Below are positions 19,730 through 30,184 of a stretch of 64,000 nt of DNA, piece after piece; position 1 is the first letter of the stretch, and each line of letters starts with the position of its first letter. Position numbers and translations under genes: made by a program. The stretch is from Acidobacteriota bacterium (GTDB taxonomy: Bacteria; Acidobacteriota; UBA6911; RPQK01; JAJDTT01). The DNA is taken from the NCBI GenBank assembly GCA_965209055.1, contig OZ242374.1, positions 3,200,001 through 3,264,000 on the forward strand. The letters run 5' to 3'. The notes beneath the pieces were generated by a model. That model had not been told where the DNA came from. It ran no database searches and was given only the letters and a program-made list of their open reading frames with translations.

Positions 19730-20587
19730 GTGTCTCGCGCCGCGCAGTTCTGCATTCATGATCCCGTGAAGTTCAGATACCGGGGTGTCTGGATCAGCGG
19801 GCACATCGCCCGCAAGACTCCTCGGAGAGCCGACATCGTGGGAGCTGACGGCGGAGAGTACCGAGTGCCATGGGACCTCCTCGCTCGAAACGAAGCCCAA
19901 AGTCGAAAGCGGGTGACTCTGAGGCGAGACCAGATCAAAGCCCAATTCCGCCCGGAGGACGAGGTCTTGGTCCCGCACGGCCGGGGCAGTATCGAGGGCA
20001 CCGTTGCGCGTCTCGGGCCCAAGCGCGCCCTGGTCGCCACCGAGCACGGAAGCTACTACGTTCCGTATGACCTGCTGACTCGAGCCGGACCGAATCCCGA
20101 TCGCGGCGATGCCCGGCGATTGGCCGAAGTTGCGGCGGAGGCCGAGCGGCTGATGAGCCGGCACGGACTCACGGGATGGAGCTTTCAGTTCGATGATGCC
20201 TCCAAGCAGGCGGGAGTCTGCGTTTTCGGCCTCAAGGTCATCGGACTCTCCCGCCTCTATTGCCTTCACGCAACCGACCGGCAAGTCAGGAACACGATTC
20301 TCCACGAGATCGCTCACGCCCTGGTCGGCCCGAAGCACAATCATGATGCCGCCTGGAAGGCAATCGCGCGTTCCATCGGATGCACCGGCGACCGTTGCCA
20401 CAAAGTGGAATTTGCCCCGCCTCGCTATATCGCGCGGTGCATCACCTGCGGCTGGGCCATCAAACGAAACGTCAGGAAACGGGGAGCGATCTGCAAGGCT
20501 TGCAGGACCCCCGTGAGCTACGTCACATACACGAAGAAGCGGTGGGAACTGGCAACAAATGCTACTGACGAGCGGACGGAGGCGTGA
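19730..20587 (+). CDS. SprT-like zinc metalloprotease with two N-terminal SH3-like modules and a C-terminal zinc ribbon
   Basis: ILHEIAHAL....HD..WK..A..IG; CITC...CKAC; duplicated YRVPWDLL / YYVPYDLL. Confidence 0.82.
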   Translation: MSRAAQFCIHDPVKFRYRGVWISGHIARKTPRRADIVGADGGEYRVPWDLLARNEAQSRKRVTLRRDQIKAQFRPEDEVLVPHGRGSIEGTVARLGPKRALVATEHGSYYVPYDLLTRAGPNPDRGDARRLAEVAAEAERLMSRHGLTGWSFQFDDASKQAGVCVFGLKVIGLSRLYCLHATDRQVRNTILHEIAHALVGPKHNHDAAWKAIARSIGCTGDRCHKVEFAPPRYIARCITCGWAIKRNVRKRGAICKACRTPVSYVTYTKKRWELATNATDERTEA

Positions 20588-20734
20588 TTTCGGTGATCAG
20601 TTTTTTTATGAGAAGCACCAGGAATCGAAAGGTTTGTGGCACCTTCAACAGAGATATGAGAAAAGGTGCTGTCTCCGACGGGGCAAGGTTGGTAGCGCAC
20701 GCGACCTTCAGATGAACCTGGACCCGAAGTTGAT

Positions 20735-21982
20735 ATGAGGGGTATCGGTTCTATGGAGCGGCGTGGTTTTCTCAAACAGTCTCTCTCAGCCGTTGCCTTG
20801 GGTGCGGCTGCCGGATGCACCCAGGGAGAACACTCAACCGGATCTACCGGACCCGCAAACCCCGCCCATCTCCACCGGGACGCTATCGTCATCGACACCT
20901 ACGGAAAGCTGTACCTGGAAGACTTCCAAAAGGGCCAGGTCGACGCCATCGTCCACGGCATCGGCGTCGAAGAAATCTTCCGGAGCGATGCCCGGGAAGG
21001 AATCATCGATCCTCCCGAGGTCGGCAAGAACATCTGCGACAACCTGTTTGGAGGACCCGAAGTGGTCAAGCGGGTCCTGCAGCGCGTCGACGAGATCCTG
21101 CAGCAGAGCGTTCGGCAGCACCCGGACGCCGTCGAGCTGGCCCTCCGTTCCTCCGACGTGAAGCGAATCGCCGGAGCCGGCAAGATCGCGGTGATCCCCA
21201 TGCTCAATGCGGGCTGGATCGACAACGATCTGGCCGTCCTGAGGATGTATCACCGCATGGGGATCCGGGTCTTCGCGCTGACCCACATCGCCGCTTTCGA
21301 CTGGGTCGACTCCAGCGGGGAACTGAACCCGAAGCCCGGGTTGAACGAATTCGGCCGGGAGGTGGTTCGCGAGTGCAACCGGATCGGGATGCTGGTGGAT
21401 GTCTCCCATGCGTCGGACCAGGCGTTCTGGGACACGGTCCACACCAGCTCCAGACCCATCATCGCCACCCATTCCGGTTGCCGGGCCCTGTGCTACGTGC
21501 AGCGCAACCTGACGGACGAGATGCTGCGGGCCCTGGCCGAGAACGGGGGTGTCGTGAGCATCTTCACCGTGCCCTCCTACCTGGACACCAAGGCCCTGAA
21601 CGACATGATGGCAAGCCGGTTCCTCCCCGACTACACGGACCGGGATCTTCGCCTCGCGCGGCAGTTCTCCGATCCCTGGGAGATTGCCGCCGCCATGAGG
21701 AACACGCTGGATTCGCATTCCTACACCGAGGAAATCGACCTGCCTCCCATCGACGTTTTCCTGGACCACATCGACCATGCCGTCCAAGTGGCCGGAATCG
21801 ACCATGTGGCGGTCTCCTCGGACAACGAGCCGGTCGAGGGCCTGGAAGACCGGTCCCAGTGGCCGAACCTGACCCGGGGTCTGGTGAAGCGGGGATACGG
21901 CGACCGGGACATCCGAAAGATCCTGGGGGAGAACTTCCTCCGGGTCTGGGACCAGGCGGCCGGGACCCCGGATGTGAGTTAG
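20735..21982 (+). CDS. Membrane dipeptidase (peptidase M19) with TAT/lipoprotein signal
   Basis: RRGFLK..AAAGC; GL.EFGREVVRECNRIGMLVDVSH; IATHS; DHIDH; KILGENFLRV. Confidence 0.9.
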   Translation: MRGIGSMERRGFLKQSLSAVALGAAAGCTQGEHSTGSTGPANPAHLHRDAIVIDTYGKLYLEDFQKGQVDAIVHGIGVEEIFRSDAREGIIDPPEVGKNICDNLFGGPEVVKRVLQRVDEILQQSVRQHPDAVELALRSSDVKRIAGAGKIAVIPMLNAGWIDNDLAVLRMYHRMGIRVFALTHIAAFDWVDSSGELNPKPGLNEFGREVVRECNRIGMLVDVSHASDQAFWDTVHTSSRPIIATHSGCRALCYVQRNLTDEMLRALAENGGVVSIFTVPSYLDTKALNDMMASRFLPDYTDRDLRLARQFSDPWEIAAAMRNTLDSHSYTEEIDLPPIDVFLDHIDHAVQVAGIDHVAVSSDNEPVEGLEDRSQWPNLTRGLVKRGYGDRDIRKILGENFLRVWDQAAGTPDVS

Positions 21983-22032
21983 ATCCGGCGCCGTCTCGTC
22001 ATCCATTTCAAAATCATCTACGGAGGAAACCG

Positions 22033-22626
22033 ATGGTGGAACTGAACTCGACTTGGAAGAGGAATTTCGACGTCTACGACAGGATCAGGCGGCTGGGAAT
22101 CGATCTGGGGAAGAAGGAAGACTCACTTCCGCCTCCGGGCGCGCAGAACCTAGCCCAGGCCACCTTCACCCCCTCGGGTCTGATCTTCCTTTCCGGCACC
22201 ACCGCCGGCATGGGAGCGGTCACCGACGACGATGCGGAGATCGAGAAGGGGGCTGCGGCAGCTCGCGAGGCGGGTATCGCGCACATCCGCGTTCTGCACT
22301 GGGGACTCCATCCGCTGGGGACGCTGAACGACGTCTGGTACTGCGTCAAAGGTCTCGGCATGGTCAACTCGGCCGGCGGCGGGGTCCTGACCCTCTCGCA
22401 CCTGGTCGTCAACGGTTACTCCAAAGTCTTTCATGATGTCTTCGGCGGACCGCTCTCGCAGTTTGCGGAAGACGGCAAGGATCAATCGCTTTCGGGCTGG
22501 CACGCGCGCAGTGCCGTCGGGGGTTTCGATCTGCCCGCAGGAGTCCGGGCCGAGCCCGAGATGATCGTCCAGATCGATCCCGAGCTTGCTTTGAGAATTA
22601 TCCGGGAGAAAGGCCCTCACGCGTAG
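22033..22626 (+). CDS. RidA/YjgF-like family protein (copy 1)
   Basis: LIFLSG, VKGLGMVNS...VVNGYSKVFHDVFG...HARSAVG..LP.G...E.EMIV; GGAGG RBS. Confidence 0.8.
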   Translation: MVELNSTWKRNFDVYDRIRRLGIDLGKKEDSLPPPGAQNLAQATFTPSGLIFLSGTTAGMGAVTDDDAEIEKGAAAAREAGIAHIRVLHWGLHPLGTLNDVWYCVKGLGMVNSAGGGVLTLSHLVVNGYSKVFHDVFGGPLSQFAEDGKDQSLSGWHARSAVGGFDLPAGVRAEPEMIVQIDPELALRIIREKGPHA

Positions 22627-22701
22627 GATCGGGAAAGGGACAGTCTACTTCTCCCTGAGGAGTCGTTTAACAACCTGTTGGTTTCCTCAGATCGTTCTCC
22701 A

Positions 22702-22739
22702 AGAGAAAGTAGGGCCGAGGAGAGAAAGTGGGGCCGAGG
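22702..22739 (+). repeat. 19-bp tandem direct repeat (2 copies)
   Basis: agagaaagtagggccgagg / agagaaagtggggccgagg. Confidence 0.7.
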
Positions 22740-22849
22740 ACAACTCACGGAAGTCCATCGTCCCTTCTTGTAGGGCTTCACCTTTGTACTACATCGATAA
22801 TTGTTCCGACTGGCGCATATCGTCTCCTACCGTAGTGTGGTCTAGCGGC

Positions 22850-23300
22850 TAACGAGATCCTTGTACCGGAGCCGCTGTCTGATGGCGCGGTAGGCGACCA
22901 GCGACATCTGAGCCAGCGTTCCGAGTTCCCGCATGTTGTGGCGTCCGGCGGACTCTCCGATTTAGCGGTGAAGATGCTGCACGGAGAGTTTGTGGAAGGT
23001 GCCCATGTGCGCCCATTCCAGTATGGACCAAAACGATTCAACGCCGTAAGTGTGCACCGAGCCCCTGACGCACTTCATGTGAGAATGCTTGACCGTCTCG
23101 TGGTTGGCCAGGGAGGCGTAGGGACTGGCGTCGTCCGTGTAAACCTGAGCGGCTGGCTCGATGCGGCCATGGACGAAACCCTGGAATGCCTTGGCCGTCG
23201 TGTTCGGCGCGACTTCGACGGAGACTCCGTTGGTCCTCCGGCCCTTCACACCGGCCACCACCGTCAAGGGTGATCACACCGACGCCGAACCGGCCCACCA
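22850..23300 (-). mobile_element. IS1595-family transposase remnant
   Basis: VYTDD..PY...HETVKHS....VRG.VHT.GVESFWS....GTFHKLS.QHLHR with an internal stop, then RLRYKDLV. Confidence 0.8.
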
Positions 23301-23501
23301 TGTGTCGTCCGTGTAGGTCGTGAAGATTCAGCTCTATTCTGATACGCTTTCTGTTCATAAGGCCGTGCGCTTTCTGTTTTGTGAGGTGCTGATGGTACGT
23401 CCGGAAATCTAGAGTCCACGGCTTTAATAAGTGTATCTGATGAGAAGTCCGAATCAACATAGCTAGCCGGTGAACTACTTCGAGTCGGAGTGTGAGAAAT
23501 A

Positions 23502-24086
23502 ATGGGCCATTCGAACGTAAGTTGTATTGAGACAAATAAGAACTCCTCTTATTGGGCGAGGAAGCAGTTGAAACACACTGAGTTGCGGGATGCAATTCTT
23601 TCGTCCGATATTTTGCTTCTTCCGTACGAAGGATTCCGAGACTATCAAGGATTGGTTTTTCCGGTCAATACCGAAGAGCTGTTTGCTCAACTCAAGGAAA
23701 CTCTTCCTGACAATATACGAATCGATGTGGCAGTGAGCGATGATGATTATGTAGAATTGTCACTCCGTTCGGATCTTCTGCATATAGCTGATATCTTAGT
23801 GGAATACGTCTTGGCCCCGATCCTCGTAGCTTTCCTCGCAGACTACATCAAAAATCGGCTCCGTCGGCGTTATGACCAAACTAATGTAAAGACATCTTTC
23901 TTTATTGAAGACGTCGGCAAGACAACACGCAAAACCGTTCGGGTATCGTACGAAGGACCTGCAACCGAATTCGAGAAGACAATGAGAGGGTTTATTAGCG
24001 GAATGTCGTCGAAGGTTGATTTGGATACGTCCACTAACGAGGATGATGAACCAATGTCTCACAATCCTGGCAGTGAAGGGCCATGA
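23502..24086 (+). CDS. Hypothetical protein with one central hydrophobic helix
   Basis: 194-aa low-GC ORF containing ILVEYVLAPILVAFLADYI; ATGA overlap with the next gene. Confidence 0.75.
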   Translation: MGHSNVSCIETNKNSSYWARKQLKHTELRDAILSSDILLLPYEGFRDYQGLVFPVNTEELFAQLKETLPDNIRIDVAVSDDDYVELSLRSDLLHIADILVEYVLAPILVAFLADYIKNRLRRRYDQTNVKTSFFIEDVGKTTRKTVRVSYEGPATEFEKTMRGFISGMSSKVDLDTSTNEDDEPMSHNPGSEGP

Positions 24087-24931
24087 GAATCGACGATGTC
24101 AGAGAGTTTTTGCAAGGCGTCGCAAATCGGACGGAAGATCCATCGTCCGATATTGCATCGATTCTAGCTCAGCACAAAAGCTCCATGGTGTCGAAAGGTG
24201 ATGACGCTGGAGCGAAGTTGATATGGCGTCTAGAGCAAGCATTGCGAGCACAGAATCTGTACATAGGCGCGTATGCTGCAATGAAAAAAAGACGCTTCTA
24301 TCGTGCGTGGTGCGAACTGGAGAAGGCGGAGATTGCAGTCGATAGTCTTGAACCTCACGAAGTAGACTATTGGAGTGACTTTAGACTTGACTTTATTCAG
24401 GAGTACATTGAGAAGTGGCAAAAACTTTTTCCATACAAGTATTTTTTTAGCCCCGAATTTTTGATGCTCGAAAAGACCTGCTCCGTTTGTCGAGCCAAAG
24501 TATCATTTAGATATCCGTGCGGACATCGGGTAGGAGAGATTTACCGAGGCGAGATGTGTTATCGAATAGTGACGGAGATAAAACCTCTTGGTGCAGCGAT
24601 TGTCAAGAATCCTGCGCAGAAATATTCTGTACTTTTCCTATCCGATACCGAATCAGGAGAAAAAAGAGATCAATACAATTACGGACTAGTCGAGTATGCG
24701 GTACGGGCAGTTCGGAAGCCCTTTGACAAATGGAACGCCACTTGGACTCAAAGGCTGCAGCCGCACGAGCGATTTCGTCACATCGGTCGCAATGATCCCT
24801 GCCCGTGCGGCTCCAACTACAAATATAAGAAGTGCTGTTTGGTGGAAAAAGGCGTGTTACGGCCACACCTACAGTTCTCATTCGAAAAGGCGCCTCCTGC
24901 TGACGTCCCTACTACGTTATACGTTCGTTGA
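24083..24931 (+). CDS. SEC-C motif protein with an internal CxxC..C.H..G..Y.G..C zinc module
   Basis: GRNDPCPCGS..KYKKCC; CSVC...CGHRVGEIYRGEMC...IVKNPA. Confidence 0.8.
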   Translation: MRIDDVREFLQGVANRTEDPSSDIASILAQHKSSMVSKGDDAGAKLIWRLEQALRAQNLYIGAYAAMKKRRFYRAWCELEKAEIAVDSLEPHEVDYWSDFRLDFIQEYIEKWQKLFPYKYFFSPEFLMLEKTCSVCRAKVSFRYPCGHRVGEIYRGEMCYRIVTEIKPLGAAIVKNPAQKYSVLFLSDTESGEKRDQYNYGLVEYAVRAVRKPFDKWNATWTQRLQPHERFRHIGRNDPCPCGSNYKYKKCCLVEKGVLRPHLQFSFEKAPPADVPTTLYVR

Positions 24932-25307
24932 CCAGTAATCTCGTATTGTGTAGCGCGTGATGGGAAACGGTTGTAACCTAGCGTCTGCGAGATCCAGGCC
25001 GTAGCTGTCGCTCCAATTTGTAGCGTTCGAAGCCGTTCACGCAGGCCGAGCCGACCGAGAAATCGAGACTCTACGTCCCCTGTTTTTTCTATTGGGACCA
25101 TTTGGGTCAGTTGCAAGATACTGATGCATTCTTGATGGTCTGCTCCCAGTACGTTACGTGCTGTCGGATTCACTGGCTCGTACTTCTCAATTTCAGTGTC
25201 AGACTTGACCCGAAGGGAACAATTTGTTCGACACTGATATGGGAAGCATTTGCGCCCGGCACATCGTCACGGATGCGGGAGAGAAGGTGACTGTTCCCTT
25301 CTGGGCG

Positions 25308-25745
25308 TGTTTGAAGGCCCGGACGTGGTCAGGCGGGTCCTGCAGCGCGTCGACGAGATACTCCAGCAAAGCGTGCGGCAGCTCGCGAGGCGGGTATCGC
25401 ACACATCCGCGTTCTGCACTGGGGACTCCATCCGCTGGGGACGCTGAACGACGTCTGGTACTGCGTCAAAGGTCTCGGCATGGTCAACTCGGCCGGCGGC
25501 GGGGTCCTGACCCTCTCGCACTTGGTGGTAAACCGATACTCCAAGGTCTTTCATGATGTCTTCGGCGGACCGCTCTCTCATTTTGCGGACGATGGCAGGG
25601 ATCAATCTCTTTCGGGTTGGTACGCACGCAGCTCCGTTGGGGGGGCGACCTGCCCGCGGGAGTCCGGGCCGAGCCCGAGATGATCGTCCAGATCGAACCC
25701 GAGCTTGCCGTGAGAATCATCCGGGAGAATGGCCCTCAAGCGTAG
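25308..25745 (+). pseudogene. Decayed copy 2 of the dipeptidase-ridA block with a ~1.1-kb internal deletion
   Basis: 25308-25380 matches about 21045-21118 and joins via microhomology cggcagc to a match of about 22257-22626; frameshift near 25645. Confidence 0.9.
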
Positions 25746-25815
25746 CGTTTGACAGAATGGTGACGGGGATGGGACTGAAAACCAGTCAACTCCCCCCATT
25801 GAGAGATACAACCGA

Positions 25816-27147
25816 ATGCATGACGAAACCCGTGACAACCAACTCATCAAGGTGGCATTGCCCGCCACAGTGCCGTCCCAATCTGCACCCTCACTCGACC
25901 TCATTACAGATGCGCTGGGGGTGCCTCGCGACATCTTAGCGAGTGACGAGGAAATCCAAGAAGCGTGGCGGGGGCTGCCCAGACGTTTAAACCAGATCCC
26001 AGCTGAACGCAGGTCGGAGTCGCTTGCTCGCATGTGTGTTGCCGTGGCCAGCGGACTCTTTGACGCTGCCATTAACTATGTGTGGAACGCTTCAATAACG
26101 GAATTGCGCAACAAGGTTCGACATTTCGGTGTTCACATTGTTCCTGAGATCACCCGCAAGCCCTTTGAGGAAAAGAACCTAGAAGATCTTAAGGATGCCG
26201 AACTCCTTAACCTTTGTTTGAGTCTGAATCTCATTACAGAAGATGGTTATTTCTTTCTTGAGCAGTGCCGGCAAGTCCGGAATAATTTCTCGACGGCTCA
26301 CCCACCGATGGGATCGTTAGACGACGCGGAGTTTCTGCGTTTCGTCAACCTGTGTGCCAAGTACGCTCTATCTTCAACTCAGAATCCTCGTGGAGTCCAC
26401 TCTCAAGAGTTCATCACCGCACTCAAGGGCCGCAAGTTTAGTATTGAGCAGCTCAACGAATGGATTTCGCGCTTAACATCCACCCATTCTGCTCAATTCC
26501 AGCTACTTATCGGAATGCTCCATGGAATGTACTGCGACCCGGCTTCTTCGGAAGAACATCGAATTAACGCTCTGAGTATCTGCCAGCACTTTGCTGAGGA
26601 GCTGACACCTGGGATCAAATCAGATCTCATTAATAGGCATTCTGAATATGTCGCCCAAGGGAAGACTAAGCGCCAAACAGCTTCCCAAGAGTTCTTTAAC
26701 AAACTGAGCCTTCTTTCCCTACTATCGGAAAACGAGCGCCACACCTTAATCTCAAACGCTTGCCGTAAACTTCGTTCCATCCACCAAGGTTGGGATAACT
26801 TTTATAACGAACCTCCATTCGCGGAGAGACTTTTGGAGCTATCCACACAAGTGATCGTTCCAGTCACTGCCCAAGAGGAGTTCATCCACGTCCTTGCCGT
26901 TTGTGGTACTGGGAATCAGTATGGCGTTTCAAATCGAGCGCTGCCTTGCTATCAAAAAATGGTCAGCGGCTTGTCTCCCTTGCAGGTGGCAATATTGCTC
27001 GAAGCTCCAGAAAGGGATCCTCTTCTCGTATTCTATCTTAAGTGGAGGCAGTGTCAGCGTCGGTTTTCCGATCTTCTAAGTCATGTTGATAGAACATCCG
27101 TTCCAGCCAAATCTAAACGGATGTACAAGAAGTGGATGAAATACTAA
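25816..27147 (+). CDS. Hypothetical 443-aa protein with a HEPN-like R-x6-H motif
   Basis: GLFDAAINYVWN...CRQVRNNFSTAHP; low GC; appears mostly helical. Confidence 0.75.
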   Translation: MHDETRDNQLIKVALPATVPSQSAPSLDLITDALGVPRDILASDEEIQEAWRGLPRRLNQIPAERRSESLARMCVAVASGLFDAAINYVWNASITELRNKVRHFGVHIVPEITRKPFEEKNLEDLKDAELLNLCLSLNLITEDGYFFLEQCRQVRNNFSTAHPPMGSLDDAEFLRFVNLCAKYALSSTQNPRGVHSQEFITALKGRKFSIEQLNEWISRLTSTHSAQFQLLIGMLHGMYCDPASSEEHRINALSICQHFAEELTPGIKSDLINRHSEYVAQGKTKRQTASQEFFNKLSLLSLLSENERHTLISNACRKLRSIHQGWDNFYNEPPFAERLLELSTQVIVPVTAQEEFIHVLAVCGTGNQYGVSNRALPCYQKMVSGLSPLQVAILLEAPERDPLLVFYLKWRQCQRRFSDLLSHVDRTSVPAKSKRMYKKWMKY

Positions 27148-27354
27148 AATTGGATTCTTTTTTATATCGAATTAGATCGACATGGGCAGAATGGCTGTTG
27201 GACTCGAAAGGTCAGCTACGGCGAATGCAATACCAGCGACCGCAATCTCGAGTTGGCCAAGGAGACAGCATCCAAGAAATCGCAGCCGGCGAGAAAGGGA
27301 TATTTGCCGTCTCGTTCATGGCAGAGTTTCGACGGAAGAAAAAGGAGAGCCTGC

Positions 27355-27807
27355 ATGAGGCATGACGAGGCTAGGAATTACCTGGACCGGGCAACGGCTA
27401 GAGTGGAAGCCGAGGATCGGCATCTCTTGGAGGTCAACGTCAGCGAGAGGTGTATCGCGGCACGGCTCGCGATGTACCTGCGGGAGTACTTTTGGGACTT
27501 CGATGTGGATGTTGAATACAATCGGGATGCCTATACAGTGAAGCGGCTGCATGATGTGATACGCGACTGTCCTCGTAACCGCAATGGCGGCCACCCCGTT
27601 CTACCTGATGTAATCGTACATAAACGCGATTTGCGGGACTTGAATTTGCTGGTGATCGAGATGAAGAAAGACTCGGGTACAAGAGGCCTGGATTGCGACC
27701 GTCAGCGCATCAAGGCATTTCGGGAAGAGCTTGGCTATAGGTTCGGGGCCCTGGTGGTTTGCAAGACGGGTGAGGAGTACGCAATATCTGTTGAGTGGTA
27801 CGGGTGA
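27355..27807 (+). CDS. PD-(D/E)xK nuclease-like protein
   Basis: SERCIAARLA.YL...VDVEYNR...PDVIVHKR...NLLVIEMKK. Confidence 0.72.
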   Translation: MRHDEARNYLDRATARVEAEDRHLLEVNVSERCIAARLAMYLREYFWDFDVDVEYNRDAYTVKRLHDVIRDCPRNRNGGHPVLPDVIVHKRDLRDLNLLVIEMKKDSGTRGLDCDRQRIKAFREELGYRFGALVVCKTGEEYAISVEWYG

Positions 27808-28067
27808 AGTCCAGTGATACGGTCGATTCGCCCATCAACACTGCCGATGGCTTCGGGAATCCCCCCAACTTTAGCCAGCGGCAACTAAGTTGTCTGCGGG
27901 AATAACCGCACACGGCTCGCGCGGAGTACGTGACTTTCATCTTCTCCATTTTCGCGAGAGGCAAACGCGAAATTCATTTGGAACAGGACGGTCTCGGGGG
28001 ACTGGCAGCTTGTCACGGAAGCGGTAGCAGAGAAGGTGACTGTCCCCTTCTCCGCGATCTGCCCGCG

Positions 28068-28345
28068 CGCTGGATTCGCATTCCTACACCGAGGAAATCG
28101 ACCTGCCTCCCATCGACGTTTTCCTGGACCACATCGACCATGCCGTCCAGGTGGCCGGAATCGACCACGTGGCGGTCTCCTCGGACAACGAGCCCGTCGA
28201 GGGCCTGGAAGACCGATCCCAGTGGCCGAACCTGACCCGGGGTCTGGTGAAGCGGGGATACGGCGACCGGGACATCCGAAAGATCCTGGGGGTGAACTTC
28301 CTCCGGGTCTGGGACCAGGCGGCCGGGACCCCGGATGTGAGTTAG
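28068..28345 (+). pseudogene. Duplicated 3' end of the dipeptidase gene (start of copy 3)
   Basis: Near-identical to 21705-21982; begins just after the palindrome at 28030-28053. Confidence 0.92.
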
Positions 28346-29535
28346 GGAAGGTCTGATTAAGTCCTCATATGGGGCGAAACAGACCTTGTATCCCTCCCTT
28401 TTTCGGATCCAGACGCTCTAACCTGGGATTTGCAACCCTGAATTGGTCTTGACCAAGCGATTGCGAGACGGTTTCCCCAGCCTCAAACACAGCCGTGCCG
28501 CATTCCGATCAGGCGGTCACACCGGAGCGCTCGGCGATCATCAGATTGGCGAATCCCACCAGCAGATAGATCCGTTGGGTGTTTTTCGCCAGCCCGCGGT
28601 AGCGCACCTTGGCGTAGCCGAAATGCCGTTTCAGGTACCCGAACACATGTTCTGCCTTCGCCCGTACCGATGCCTTACGCCGCTCGGCCAACGCCGCCTC
28701 ACTCTCCGGCGACAGCTGCCAACGCTTCCCGGGCTTCATCATCACCTGCCAATCCACCGGCCGATCTCGATTCTCCGACCGCTTCTGCACTCCCTGGTAT
28801 CCGGAATCCCCCCAAACTTGCGACTCCGAGCCGTGCAGCAATTCGGAGGCCCGCGTCACGTCATGCTCGTTGGCCGGAGCCGTCACCACCGTGTGCGCCA
28901 CCCCCGTCTGGGCGTCCACCCCCAGGTGGGCCTTCATTCCGAAATACCACTGTTTTCCCTTTTTCGTCTGGTGCATCTCCGGATCCCGCGCCCGATCCTT
29001 GTTTTTCGTCGAGGAAGGCGCCGCCAGGATACTCGCGTCCACGATCGTCCCCCGGCTCAGCCGCAGGCCTTGACGCTGCAGGTGAGAACCGATCTCCTCG
29101 AACAGCGCCTCCCCCAGACCATGCTCCTCCAGCCGATGACGGAACTTCAGAATCGTCGTCTCGTCCGGCAGCGGCCCTGTGAGCTTCAGACCCACGAACC
29201 GCCGCACCGACTCCACCTCGTAAAGCAGATCCTCCATCCCCGGATCGCTCAGGTTGTAAAACAACTGCACGCAGTGGATCCGCAGCATCGCCGAGAGCGG
29301 GTAGGGACGCCGGCCCCGTCCCGCTTTCGGGTAAAACGGCTCAATCCGGGCTTCCAACTGCTCCCACGGAATCAACCCGTCCATGCGGACCAGAAACTTC
29401 TCCCGACGGGTCACCCGCTTCTTGGCGTCGTATTCCAGATCTGCGAACGTCCGTTGCGACATCGTCTTTCCCCCCACGCAGTGATGATGAAGGGATTATC
29501 GTGCAGAACGCTGACTCGACTTAATCAGACCTTCC
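28346..29535 (-). mobile_element. Complete IS5-family (IS5 group) element, 1190 bp, target duplication TTAG
   Basis: Perfect TIR GGAAGGTCTGATTAAGTC / GACTTAATCAGACCTTCC; TTAG on both sides; the empty site is visible in copy 1 at 21979-21982. Confidence 0.96.
28509..29462 (-). CDS. IS5 transposase
   Basis: MSQRTFADLEY..KKR.TRREKFL; TIVDASI; RDPEMHQTKKG.QWYFGMKAH; GDSGY; RAK.EH.F...K..FGY.KVRYRGLAKN. Confidence 0.95.
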   Translation of the reverse strand: MSQRTFADLEYDAKKRVTRREKFLVRMDGLIPWEQLEARIEPFYPKAGRGRRPYPLSAMLRIHCVQLFYNLSDPGMEDLLYEVESVRRFVGLKLTGPLPDETTILKFRHRLEEHGLGEALFEEIGSHLQRQGLRLSRGTIVDASILAAPSSTKNKDRARDPEMHQTKKGKQWYFGMKAHLGVDAQTGVAHTVVTAPANEHDVTRASELLHGSESQVWGDSGYQGVQKRSENRDRPVDWQVMMKPGKRWQLSPESEAALAERRKASVRAKAEHVFGYLKRHFGYAKVRYRGLAKNTQRIYLLVGFANLMIAERSGVTA

Positions 29536-29590
29536 TTAGATCCGGCGCCGTCTCGTCATCCATTTCAAAAATCATCTACGGAGGAAACCG

Positions 29591-30184
29591 ATGGTGGAAC
29601 TGAATTCGACTTGGAAGAGGAATTTCGACGTCTACGACAGGATCAGGCGGCTGGGAATCGATCTGGGGAAGAAGGAAGACTCACTTCCGCCTCCGGGCGC
29701 GCAGAACCTAGCCCAGGCCACCTTCACCCCCTCGGGTCTGATCTTCCTTTCCGGCACCACTGCCGGCATGGGGGCGGTCACCGACGACGATGCGGAGATC
29801 GAGAAGGGGGCCGCGGCGGCTCGCGAGGCGGGTATCGCGCACATCCGCGTTCTGCACTGGGGACTCCATCCTCAGGGGTCGCTGAACGATGTCTGGTACT
29901 GCGTCAAAGGCCTCGGCATGGTCAACTCGGCCGGCGGCGGGGTCCTGACCCTCTCGCACCTGGTCGTCAACGGATATTCGAAAGTCTTTCATGACGTCTT
30001 CGGCGGACCGCTGTCGCAGTTTGCGGAAGACGGCAAGGATCAGTCGCTTTCGGGCTGGCATGCACGCAGTGCCGTCGGTGGGTTCGATCTGCCCGCGGGA
30101 GTCCGGGCCGAACCCGAGATGATCGTCCAGATCGACCCCGAGCTTGCTTTGAGAATCATCCGGGAGAAAGGCCCTCATGCGTAG
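29591..30184 (+). CDS. RidA/YjgF-like family protein (copy 3, intact)
   Basis: Protein differs from 22033-22626 only at HPLGTL versus HPQGSL; many synonymous changes. Confidence 0.85.
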   Translation: MVELNSTWKRNFDVYDRIRRLGIDLGKKEDSLPPPGAQNLAQATFTPSGLIFLSGTTAGMGAVTDDDAEIEKGAAAAREAGIAHIRVLHWGLHPQGSLNDVWYCVKGLGMVNSAGGGVLTLSHLVVNGYSKVFHDVFGGPLSQFAEDGKDQSLSGWHARSAVGGFDLPAGVRAEPEMIVQIDPELALRIIREKGPHA

